From: Thalia democratica
Lineage: Eukaryota
Direction: 5' to 3'
Assembly: GCA_965202585.1 (NCBI GenBank)
Contig: OZ241831.1
Location: 43,896,001-43,960,000, forward strand
DNA length: 64,000 bases
Numbering within the stretch: position 1 is the first letter of the stretch; the number at the start of each line of letters is the position of its first letter. Both the position numbers and the translations under genes were made by a program. The notes beneath the pieces are model-generated. The model did not search any database, had not been told where the DNA came from, and saw nothing but the letters and a program-made list of their open reading frames with translations. This document shows, piece after piece, positions 39,301-51,000 of this stretch.

Positions 39301-42085
39301 CGCGAAAAATAAAGCAAACATCTTCATCTTTCAAACAGGTTATCAAAGGAAAACATATTGAGATCATTTAACTTAACAGAACAATGTTTTAGTGATTTAA
39401 AAAGAAGTTAGTAGCTCACTCTTTTTTGTTTATTATCCGCTAATCATTTTATACGATAGTTTTTAGATTTGCATCCAAATTACACCTATGCCTCGAATTG
39501 TCCTTGGTGGTTGTCTCTTAACTGTACTTATATTTTTTTAATTCTTCTGGTATTGTTAGAAATTTTCCCACTCTCTGTTTGGACCTATTATTCTACCTAT
39601 TACATTTTGAGTTAAAAAAGCTTGTCAGTTAATATTTGTGTCGTGTCTTTATACTGCGGCATTGACCTTTTTAAGACCTGTTATGTATGTTTAAAGTGAT
39701 TTTGATAATCAAATGGTAGTATAACTTTCTTGCGAAATTGCTTCTTTTTCTTCGCCATTACTGGTAGATTACTTGGAGATTTGTTTTTTGGCTAACCTTG
39801 CTGCTTTCTTGATTCAAAGTTGTAAAAATGTTCCAAATGCATATGCAAGGCAATCACTAAATAAAAACCAATGAACTACCTTACTTAAAAATAAATAAAT
39901 CACCAACTATCCTTATAAACTCCAGCTAGAATTATCTTTTAAAAACACTTTCAAAAAAATAATAATTTTTACCAATACTTTTATGATATAAATCATCCAT
40001 AGGTGCATGGAGGGGAAAATGAGGAGAAACAACCCCCGATCATCGGCCACATCTCCATGCTCACCGACATCACCTGCACTCCTCAATACGTCATCACGTG
40101 CGACACGGACGAGCGCGTTCGCGTCAGTGACGTCACAAAGCCGCACGTCATCCAGTCGTTCTGCCTGGGTCACCACGAGTTCGTGCACAAGCTGGTGCCC
40201 GTTGAAGGTGGAAATTTGGTGACCACATCGGGAGACGGAAGCGTCAAAATGTGGAAGTTGGTTTATTTTTACTGTTGTATGCATATATGTGTTTTAATGT
40301 TGTCGTTATTTGTAGCTTACTAAAAGTTTTGTATTCGGTTTTGGGAAAAGAAAGCCCGATAAAGTAAAAACAAGCTGAATTTTTAGTATATATATCTATA
40401 TTATAATGTTTGTTTGAAATTGAAAAAAATCCTTGCAGTCTTTGCACTTTTTAAACTAAATAGTTTGTTTTTGCTTCTGTAGAATAAATCACTTTTCATA
40501 TACACAACTTGAACACAAAAAGAACAAGTTATTTTATAAATATACGAACTAACTTTAGTAATTTAGATTAATGTGTTTTATTAAAAAAGCCTATAAGTGT
40601 TCTTAAAGTTAAAACATATAAATAACCATATCTTTGGTTTACCCAATTATTTACTAATTATTTACTTTTAGAATGGAAGATGGCACAGAGCTTGCTTCAA
40701 TCAGATTATTTGATGGCATAAATGAAGATAAAGTATTTGCTGATATGATCAGTTATTCTAACGTATCAGGTTAATTCCATTTATCTTTTATAAAGTTATC
40801 ACTATAGTATTCACGTTATAAAGTATTATATATATTTTTGACCATATACCATTTATTTTGCTTATAAACGATTCTTCTTTTTATAAAGGTTAACTTACGA
40901 GTTATTTTCTGTTTATAGTTTTCATCTATAAGGATTTTTATATATGAGTACATACACATTTTATTGGTATCCTTTTAGCTAAATTTTTTAGCAATTAAAA
41001 CTTAAGGTTTTTTAAGCTACTTCCAGTTAGTTTATTTCTAAAATACTCACAGTAATTCGTTAAAGCTAGTAAAGTTTAAGTAAAAAATTATTCTATTAGT
41101 AATCGTATGAAAAAAAGAAAGTCAAAAAGAATCAATACCAGAAATATTTAGTTTGGGTATTTATTAAATTAAAGTTAAGATATAAATCCACGTAACTGAA
41201 ACATTATTTAATAACTAATTAATTCTTAAAGTTTCTACATACTGAGATTTTCATTAAGTATTTTGCAAATAAGGAAATGTTAACAAGTTTGGCTTTATAA
41301 TCAGCATCTGTTTGATAACAAAAATTTATACCAGGTCACATAGCAGTAGCTTCATCCAAGAGCAACCAAATCCAAATTCTCAAGGTCACTGAAAGTACTT
41401 TTGAAAAACAGAAAGAGCTGAAATGTGACGAGAAAATAGTTGATTTCTGCTTCTGTGACGACAAACTCAACGTGCTTGTATCCGCAGATGAAAAATTGAA
41501 GATACAAGTCTACAACAGCAAGTATGAACTAGTACTAAGCTTTTAAGACTATGTAAAGTTATAAAAACTTTGTCAAACAAATAAATATAACACTTTCATG
41601 CAGTTTTATTAAACTTGGTAGGTGTACGATACAATATTTAATTCCTTAACTATGTAAGTTTTGTTTGAGATGTTTTTGCAATGCTTGAAAAATATGACAC
41701 TCAATGCTAAGTTTACATTGTACAAATGAGAGTCTTTAAACGAAAACTCTATAATTTTTTATCACTTAATGTTTTTTATTATTTTCTAATGATTTTGTAA
41801 AACTACTTATTTTTCTCATAAGTAAAACAAGCAGGTAAAAACAACTTCCTATTTTCTTAAATAATAATTTTTTCACACAGTTACGAGCTGGTGAGCGCGG
41901 TTGAGGACGACGCGCTGAAGCAGATCGGTTTCAGCAAATGCGACCTATCACGTGACTACCAGGTGTGGTTCAAGCCCACCAACGTGCAGAACAAGCGGTA
42001 CATCGACTTCTTCAAGAAGATCAAGCTCAACAACAACGCCCGGATGCAGAACGAAAACGGGTTCATTGAAGGGGAAGCCGCTTAG
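36331..42085 (+). CDS. WDR4: tRNA (guanine-N7)-methyltransferase non-catalytic subunit WDR4/Trm82/wuho, 358 aa, 6 exons
   Basis: Exons 36331-36544, 36772-36890, 40003-40256, 40672-40769, 41335-41521 and 41881-42085 total 1077 nt in one open frame. Motifs GDKCGNVY, GHISMLTDI, ITCDTDERVRVS, IQSFCLGHHEFV and SGDGSVKMW are typical of WDR4. Confidence 0.92.
36985..37082. repeat. Three-copy ~31-32-bp tandem repeat with palindromic core, in WDR4 intron 2
   Basis: The core ttttgtacaaaa recurs, with tgtaca starting at 36989, 37021 and 37052. Confidence 0.7.
38310..39174. mobile_element. 865-bp non-autonomous hAT-like element with 15-bp perfect TIRs and 6-bp TSD, in WDR4 intron 2
   Basis: TIRs cagggttcgtgcgcg / cgcgcacgaaccctg, with gcaatt at 38304-09 and 39175-80. 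Subterminal gtcaggctaa repeats occur at both ends. Confidence 0.9.
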
Positions 42086-42773
42086 GTGTTCGATTTATGT
42101 ATTAGATAATTGTTGTAGGCTTTTATTTATGGTTGTTAAAAATTACGCGCAACAGTAACACTACTATTTTTATTAGTGTTATGAGAACTGTTATAAAAAT
42201 TTGAATAAGAGATAACATTTAATTTAATTGTTTATAGGATATTTTATTTTTGTGTAGGAGTTTATGTAAATGATTTATCTTTTCAATTCCATTTAATAGA
42301 CTTTATGATAATTTTAGGTTATTTTAGCATTTTTACACTATTATTGTGTCAGTTTTTTAATTTTAAATGTACTTAAGCATTAGACTCACTTGTTGTATAG
42401 TTAATATGCTTTGACGTTTTAAAATGATTAAATTTTTACTTCTATATCTTATCTAGGCTATATGCAAAAGTGTGTTGTTTTTAATCGAATTTAAATTATA
42501 TACAATACCCTTTTTAAATTTATTTAAATGTTTTGTTATTTTAGACTTTTTAGAAATTAAAATGTTTTACAGCTTTTAAACTATACTTTTAAAGTTTTGA
42601 AATTTAAATATAACAAACATTAATTTATTTTTTTATTTAGCTATTTTTCCTCACGTTAATGTATTTAAAGGTTTAACAAAATAGTTTTGTTTATATAAAA
42701 CTAGTTTATTTGTTTTTGAATAAACTTTTGATTATCCAAAAGACTGTCTCTGTTTTAAAATTTGTGCTATCTG

Positions 42774-43117
42774 CAGGGTTGCCACTTTACCTGGAAACCT
42801 GGAATTCGACAATTTAGGCAAAAATAACCTGGAATTTTGATCAAAAACCTGGAATTTTTAATAGTTTGACATTTTCAGTAGTAAAATTTCGATTTGACAC
42901 AAAAAATCTTTCATATAAATGAGATTTTTTTGTCATCATCAAAAATTTTTTGATTAAAAAGCACATTTAAAGTAACTTTACAGTATCTTTTCAATGTTTT
43001 TATACAATTTAACACAGTTTCTTATATAGAAATTAACTTTAAACTAAAAATAAACCCTAAAATGTGTTCTTTAAAAAACCTGAAAGAAATTTGGAAAAAA
43101 AACGAGTGGCAACCCTG
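42774..43117. mobile_element. hAT-like MITE (aaaacctgga family) with 6-bp TSD
   Basis: 13-bp perfect TIRs cagggttgccact / agtggcaaccctg, with tatctg at 42768-73 and 43118-23. Confidence 0.88.
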
Positions 43118-46100
43118 TATCTGATAACGTGGCAAGGTTTTAATTGTGAATATATTTTGCTCTTTAGATGTTTCAGTTACACACTAATGAATGTTTTTAA
43201 GAGTGAGGTTCATAAAACTTATACAAGTTTAATTATCAATAGTTCTATATTTTTATTCAATTTTTATTTGATTATGCATTTGATGTTTACCAACAGACAA
43301 AGTACAAATATCAGGCATACTTTTAAAATAATGTTACTAGATTTTATCTGAAATTCACAATATCACAAATTCACCAATTTTAAGATCTGTTTTACATACA
43401 AAAACTGGATTTAGATTGTCATAGAAAAAAAGAAATATTTGCAAGGTGGTTTAAGTTCACAGAACTTGTTTTTTTGTCGATAGATATCTTTAAACTTTCG
43501 ACGATTTTACTAATTAACTTGAGTTTCATACTTATATAGAAACAGTATTATTTTATAACAACTTTATAAATCTTTTTGTAATTTTAACTTGTGAATTTAA
43601 GTACTAAATAAGGTAATATAATTTAACAAGTTTGTCTTATTGATCGGATTTTATCTATTTTACACTGTTTAAATATTGTCAAAATAATTGACATACAACG
43701 AATGTAAATTAGTTACTTCAATAGGTTCTGTTATGGTGTATACTTAAAGAAGAGAATAAGAATATTTTTTATTAAAAACATGTTTTTTCCTTAAACTGAA
43801 AACAATCCACCTTAAGTTTTGTCAGTTAAGTTTTTCCCATGTACTTTTATTTACAATCAGATTTTATTACTATTGACAGAAAAACTCAACTGGTATTTTA
43901 AGCAGAGATTTTTGGGAGTTTTAATTCCATTTTATCATTTTTAATGTAATAAAAAATCCAACACGAATGTTTCGAAATTGTTAAAGTTTATTTATAAAAT
44001 AAGCAAAGCTCAAAACACAGAAAAGTGCACTCTAAAATGATCGACAATATCAAAGTCGTTGTACTGTAATAAAATGTTATATATTAAAACTTTTATGAAC
44101 ACAAGATATTATTGAAAATAACTTATGGTTCTTTATTAATTTTTTTATCTATTACAACTTAATGTCAACTTCTAGAATTCTAAGATCCGTGTGAGTCATA
44201 GAAATAAGTAAACATCTTTCTGTAAACAGTAGTAAATACTTGTTCAATTTAAAATGTATTGAACATCATTACAAAAGTTGAACTTAACATTTATATAAAC
44301 AACTACCTTTTATATTAATAGTACATGTATCTTAAAATCAAATTTATATATAGGTATTATAACTGAAGATTGATGCTAGTTTTCTGAACAATGCTCATTA
44401 AAAATGATAAAAAATTATTACAATTGTTTATGATAAGTCTTTAAAATTTGTTTTGACAAATATTACCTAAAAGTATCTGTTTAAAAATGAAAGCGGAGGA
44501 TCTGAATAAAGACTATTTAAATTATCTAAATCAATATTACTAAAACAAGTTTTTTAACTCAATTCTAAATTTAAATTGAAATAAGACAGAAACTTGTATA
44601 CAAGGAGCAAAGTCTGAAATCCTTGAATAAAGTTTTGAACCAGTATAGAAAGGTGTTTAAAAAACCTCTGGTCTTGCTGTGTTTTGTAACTAAACTCAAG
44701 TTTTTTTCTGTATTTTAAGTATGCAAATTTCACAAAATGCATTTGCACTATTTTATTTATATAAGCTAGATCTAAGAAAACGATGCTAACATAAAAAATG
44801 TTGTATAACCAAATTGGTAGTATTTTATTAATGTCAAATGTTTAACTACTTAAAAGTCTTTAAATAGCTAAAGTCATATTAAAAACACCATGACAGTTAC
44901 CTGGGTCAATATTTTTGATTTTTGTAATAGTTTAAAGACACTGAGTTAACTTCTAAAACAAGCTAAGGTATGAAACTAATGTTTTGATATCTTTAATTTA
45001 TTGTTTCAGAGTTTTAGTACATTATTTACCTATATTACAAAAAATATTTAGTTAATGGAGTGTTATTGAGTCTGTAAAAGTAAAACTAACCTAATTATCA
45101 ACTAATTAATATTAGTATGTGGACCTAATGCAACCTGAAAAGACTGCAGTATACACTAGCAGAAAAAAGAAAATCCATAAATAATAAAATTGCCTTATAT
45201 ACTCAATGCCCACATTATTTAAATGATTTTTTAGATTAACAATTAACAAATATATTTACTGTTCTAAATAAGTTTTGTACCTACCCTAAGTACTTATTTC
45301 TATAAAAAATTATCATTTCTTGCAAATTTCATAGTAGCTTTAATAAATTTTATTTAATAATTTTCATTTACCTTAAAAAAACAAAGCTTGTGTATGTGTT
45401 GCCACTTTTAAGGCTAACTAAACCATGTATTATAATTTCAGAGCTTTTGAACTATAAACTTTTGAACTGTATTACGACTGCAATTAATTTTAGAATATCA
45501 TTGACAAACTTAAATTTTTTTCTAACTTTATGATAAAAACACAATTAAACTCTACCAAATAAGTTAATTTTTCTAAACAAGTACCAACATTATCATAATA
45601 CAAACTTTTAAGTATTTTAATATCTTTAAATAACGGTTTATGTTAGTAGAATTTCGATAAATTAACTTTTATAAAAGCAAAACTATTATAACTTTGCTGT
45701 ACTTTGTTGAAAGCTTTTATTTCACTAATGAACTTCAAACACAACTATCTTTATGTTTTTCATTTTAAACGAGTCCAATCAGTAAAAAAAGTTAAGTTTA
45801 GCTATCTTACTTGTTTTAACAGTATAACAAATCTAAAAGAAGTTTAAGTTAAGTTTAAAAACGGTTAACTTTCTTGCTTACCTAAAGAGAGTTATTATGT
45901 ATTCCTTTTTTTAATCAAAAAGACTTATGATAGTTAACTGAATCACATGAGAAAGCAAGTAATTAGAATAAACGCGGTATAAATGTTTACTAAAAGTTTT
46001 AAATAATACATTTATTGCTTATTTGTACATATACAGTACTGCGTAATTTTAAGGTTTTTTAACAGAAGTCTTTTAGCTATAAAGCTCTGTATTTTTTTTA

Positions 46101-48044
46101 AGTACTATTCAAGAAAAACCTATAGCTTGATTCTTCTTGCCACTTTTATTATTTTTAGTTAGTGGTAAGTTAAGTCAGTTGATGATATGTAAATAATTAA
46201 AAAAAGATATTGTTCATTTTATGTTTATAATACGTTTATATATTTTTTCTATAAAACAATAAATAACAAACTTAAGCTTGTTAGCAATTAAGTTTTACAG
46301 CTTCATTTCACGATGGGTTGGCTGCTTTAGTAAGGTTTTCGAGTTTTTTAGTTTAAAATGTTGTGCATTAAGGTAAATTTTTAAAACAGCATCTAAAAAC
46401 CTATCTCTAGCCCATTTCACCAAAGTTTTAGTTTTAAACCCTCACCCCTAACCCACTTTACTAAAACGTACAACAAAAAAAGTATTTATTAAATAAAATT
46501 TAGAAGATATAGAAGTCAAAATTCATCCAATCAGGAGTGCCTAGATTCAGCAGCTGACATTGATTGTTTAAAAGTGGCTTTGAAACAAACAAACATTAAA
46601 GTTGTTCAATTAACTAGCAGTATTCACGGAAAAGTTCTTATTTTCTTCAACACATAAATAGTTTACGGAATATTGATAATCGCAGTTAAACAAAATAATG
46701 TAACTTGATTTTAAGTTTAAAAAAGAAACTGTGGAACCAAAGAAGTTTAATTAATCCTAAAACATATCATAAACAAAAAACAAGCAAGTATAAACGAATA
46801 AAACAAAAACAAACCAATAGAATGAAACATTTTGTAATTTTTTTAACTCTTAAAAAGAAACCTTAATAAGTTAAAAATTTAGTATGTGTTAAGTATAAAT
46901 TTTCATACTAATTATATATTTATGTAAACAAAACAAAAACCAAGTATCTAAACTAATTAGTTTTGTTTTTCAAAAAGTCATATAATTAACTAAAACTAAA
47001 AAAAATGAATATGAAATAAATGAAAAAAATAAATACATTACAGGTTTATCAACATTTTTTTATTATTAATACTTTAAAACAATAAAAAAATAATGTATAT
47101 GACTTCTCTTTTAGTAAATTTTACTTACTGTAATAAACATATCTCCTAATTAAAAGATAATACTTTAAATCAAAACTTAATAAAAACAACTTGATAACTA
47201 ATTTTAACTTATCACAATATCAAAACTGTATAAAACAACTTAAAAATGCGCAAAAGTATTATAGAAAATTGGTTTAAATATCTAATAATACTAAATCTAA
47301 TAAATTTAAACGTCAACTACAAACAGCTGTATTTATCTTTTTCAAAAACAAGTTATAATCATATGATACTAAACAAAAACATTCAGACATGTAATAAACT
47401 CGATTTTCAGCAGTTTAGTAGGTTAAGCACATCAGACAAATTCATGCTAACAAAAACAATTTTTTACTAAAACAAATTTGTTTCCTAAACAAATGATAAA
47501 TACTCACACGACCTTTGAATATGCAGAAAAAAGCAACTTCCTTTTACTAAAAAGAATTTTCTGTACATTTCATTAAAAATTTTAAGTACACAAAATTTTC
47601 CGATGATCATGTTGTTTGTACATAATTAAATTTTTTATGCCTGTTTATTTTGGCAATTTACAACCTGTTTTTCGTATATAAATAAGCTCACTTTACTAAA
47701 TGCAAAACTTAATGATGATCACAAACAAAGTAAAATTACAACTTTATGAAATTGTTGCAGCATTAGGGTGAAAATAAAAATTCAACACTTTAATCCAAAA
47801 ATATGGAAGTTCTAAGATATGGGAAACTCATTTTTAATTAGTTTTCTGCTCAGAAATATTAACATAGGCAATTTAAGTATACTGCATTTTCATTGTACAA
47901 AACTAGTGGCAATTGTTTAACTATTTTACAAAATTAGAAACTCTTATAAAAGATCTAGTTTCAAAAAATAAATAATGCTTATAATAACAATTTTCGAGCA
48001 GCTATTTATTTCAAATTACTTTGCTACTGAAAATATTAAGCAAA

Positions 48045-51000
48045 ATGACGAAATACAACAAAGACGTAGAAATGAACCAGGAATCGAAGCTTATGGGGTC
48101 ACGAGACCAAATTTCAGCCAATCAAGACGACAATAAACTTATCTACAAAATTGACGACAAGCCGCCGATACATCTGACTTTGCTATTTGCTTTTCAAGTA
48201 GTTAACAAAACATTACTGCTATTCTTTAAATATATGTTTTTCAATCAGTAATAATTTTTTTGTTTAATTTGAAAAAAAATATTCAAGAACTAATTTGTTC
48301 GAAAGTTGTAATCTAATTGTCACAGATTGTAAAAATTTTTTCAGCAAAATGTTTAATTAGGTTGTATATAGATCTGTATATTCTGAGTACTAACAATCGA
48401 ACTAAAAAAATACCTTCACAAACATTTTAACAAAATTAACTCAACAGCAATGCATGCTGTCGATGTTCGCTTCAATGACGTACCCGCTTTTGTTCGCAAA
48501 CTCCATGTGCATACCGAACGACCATGAGGGCAACAAAGTGAAGGCGGTTTTGGCGGGAAGCGTCCTGGTGGGCGATGGCGTCAGCACGTTCATACAAACC
48601 ACGTTCGGTACAAGGTAAGTGGTGATTTACATTTTATCTACATTAATTTTTTTTAAATCTTTCAATAAAATTTTTTATGGTTTTTTTAAACTTGTTATAA
48701 AACATATAAAAAATGATCGTTTAAGTTTTCCTGAAAGTTTCTGTCAACTAACCTAAATGAATGCTTTTGTTTTAATCTTTTTGTAAATAAAAATAAGTTA
48801 CAAACAATGGATAATAAAAAATACTTGATTAGTTCAAGAAAATAATAAGCATTAGATTTTAATACGTATTTAACTGAAACTATTTTCCAGACTTCCGATT
48901 ATGCAAGGCAGTTCGTTCGGGTTTCTGGTTCCCACCCTGTCGCTGATGGCCCTCCCTCACAACCAGTGTCCCGACCCGTTGCAAGCCAACTCTTCGTTGT
49001 TGGAAAACACCACGCACGACCACAACACCACCATGTACATGGACACCAACGGTGAGGTGACCGATTTCAACGGGCTGTGGATGCGAAGAATGAACGAGGT
49101 AACAATTGTTTAAAAAATTAAATTGAAGACTTTTTTTAATAATTCTACTTCGAGATACTGTTTTATGATATATTTTACAATCTAGCGGATGCCTTGTAAG
49201 ATCTTTTTATCAAGTTTGTTAAGTCTTTGTAGTATTTATTTAAAAAACAAAAGTAAAGTCTTTAAAAGAACTTACCTGTCATTGGAAACTGACGGATACT
49301 TATAATTAGTTCGAAAAACTAGCTTTCAGTTTGAAACAAATAAAAAACAGAAACAATATTAATTAAAACTTTTTATCTTATTTTTGTCGTTCAATAAACA
49401 ATATAGATATTAAATTTTTTTACCTTGTTTACAAAACAGTTACAAGGAGGGCTCATTCTGGCGGCAGTGTGCGAAACTCTGGCGGGGCTGTCCGGGTTCG
49501 TGGGCAGGCTGACCAAAATGCTGGGACCATTGACCATAACGGTCTGCATCACCATGATCGGGTTGGATCTGGTCGAAGTCGTGCCCAACCACGCCCAGTA
49601 CTGCTGGCCAATGACGGCGTTGTAAGTTGACCTCTCAGCCAATAGAAAGTATGGTATTTGTTACGCTTTGAGCAAACAAAAATGTGTTTGAAAACCAAAG
49701 TTGTTAGGAAAATTTTTGAAACTTGTTTGTTTGTGTGGTTTTTTATCATTAAGTTTTAGTGAGTGTCGTTTGTAGACCGATATTAACAATTCAAAACTTG
49801 ATGTAAACTTTTACCCCTAAAATTTCAATTTAAAGAACTTTAATCGGAGGTTAATTGCTTGTAATAGGTTTATATTATACCCAAACCAAAAGAAAGTTGT
49901 TATTTTACCGGTATAGGTTGCAAACGGGTACAAATACAGAAAAACGTAAGATTTTTTATTGGATATTTTTATGTGTTTAGCTGGCTTGTTAACCAATAGC
50001 CGCTCTTGTGTGTTGAAATACTATAAGTAAAAACTTGTTCAAAGCCGATGTAGTAAAAACAAAATTGTTTTGTTGTCATATATTTTGTTGTGGTTTGCCT
50101 CCAATGTTGTTGTTTTTTAAGCCAATAGAAACGATTTAAATGCGAACTTCAATTTTTATGGTCAAAACTGTCTTTTCAAAGAGATTTAGTATCACAAAAG
50201 CGGTTTCACTATGTTGCAATATTGTTCCAGTAACCACAAAACATATTTACTTTCAAGCAGCTATTATATAACAACTGTCCTGCATACTTTTGAACATGAC
50301 CATGGTTATTGTATTTAAAAATTGCAGTGACTTTACTAATTTTTTTTTATAATTAAAAAAAATTCTTATTTTCTTATTCATGAAGTTTAATATTTATAAT
50401 GTAAAAAAGTTAAGTTAATATATTAGTGCATAAAAACCGTAACATTGACATAATGTACTTTGGTATTTAAAAAGTTGAAACATGTCTATTCAAAATTAAC
50501 ACCAATCTTTTTTCTCGTTGCTGCAAGTCAGATGTACAACTAGTAACACATTTTACAGTGTCGCTTTCGTGCTTGTTATGACGTCACAGTACATGATAAA
50601 TGTTCCGATTCCGTGCTTGTCGTATAACAGAGGAAGCTGCAGAGTCACAAAATTTCCTTTTTTCAAACTTTTCTCCGTTAGTTGAATTTCGTAAAAGTTT
50701 TTGTTTAGTTCTTCTTAAAACTTAAAAAAACGTTATCAAGTCTACAATTGCTTTTTTTACTTAACTATAGCCCCGCATATTATTCTATTTATTTCAACAA
50801 TATATAATAATCAATAATGAAATAAATATTTTTTAGTATAAATAAAATATAACAGGTTTTTTATATTCGAACGTTTTCTTAAAAGTTTTAGTAAAAAATA
50901 ATAGAACTTCTAATTAAAAATCTTATAAGGTTCTTGCAGCAATATTCATTGGTTGGTTTCTGTCGTATATCCTGACAATTACCGATGTTTTTCCTGATGA

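Noticed and set aside
43064-47470. AT-rich ORFs of 60-95 aa between WDR4 and SLC23, and similar ones at 3700, 16461, 19314, 20200, 24706, 32267 and 37090
   Set aside because: Low-complexity F/L/K/I/N composition, often non-ATG starts, no motifs; expected by chance in such AT-rich DNA.
49630-50135. Cluster of three CCAAT-box-like motifs ((a/g)ccaatag) in SLC23 intron 4
   Set aside because: Short motifs with no downstream start or other promoter evidence.
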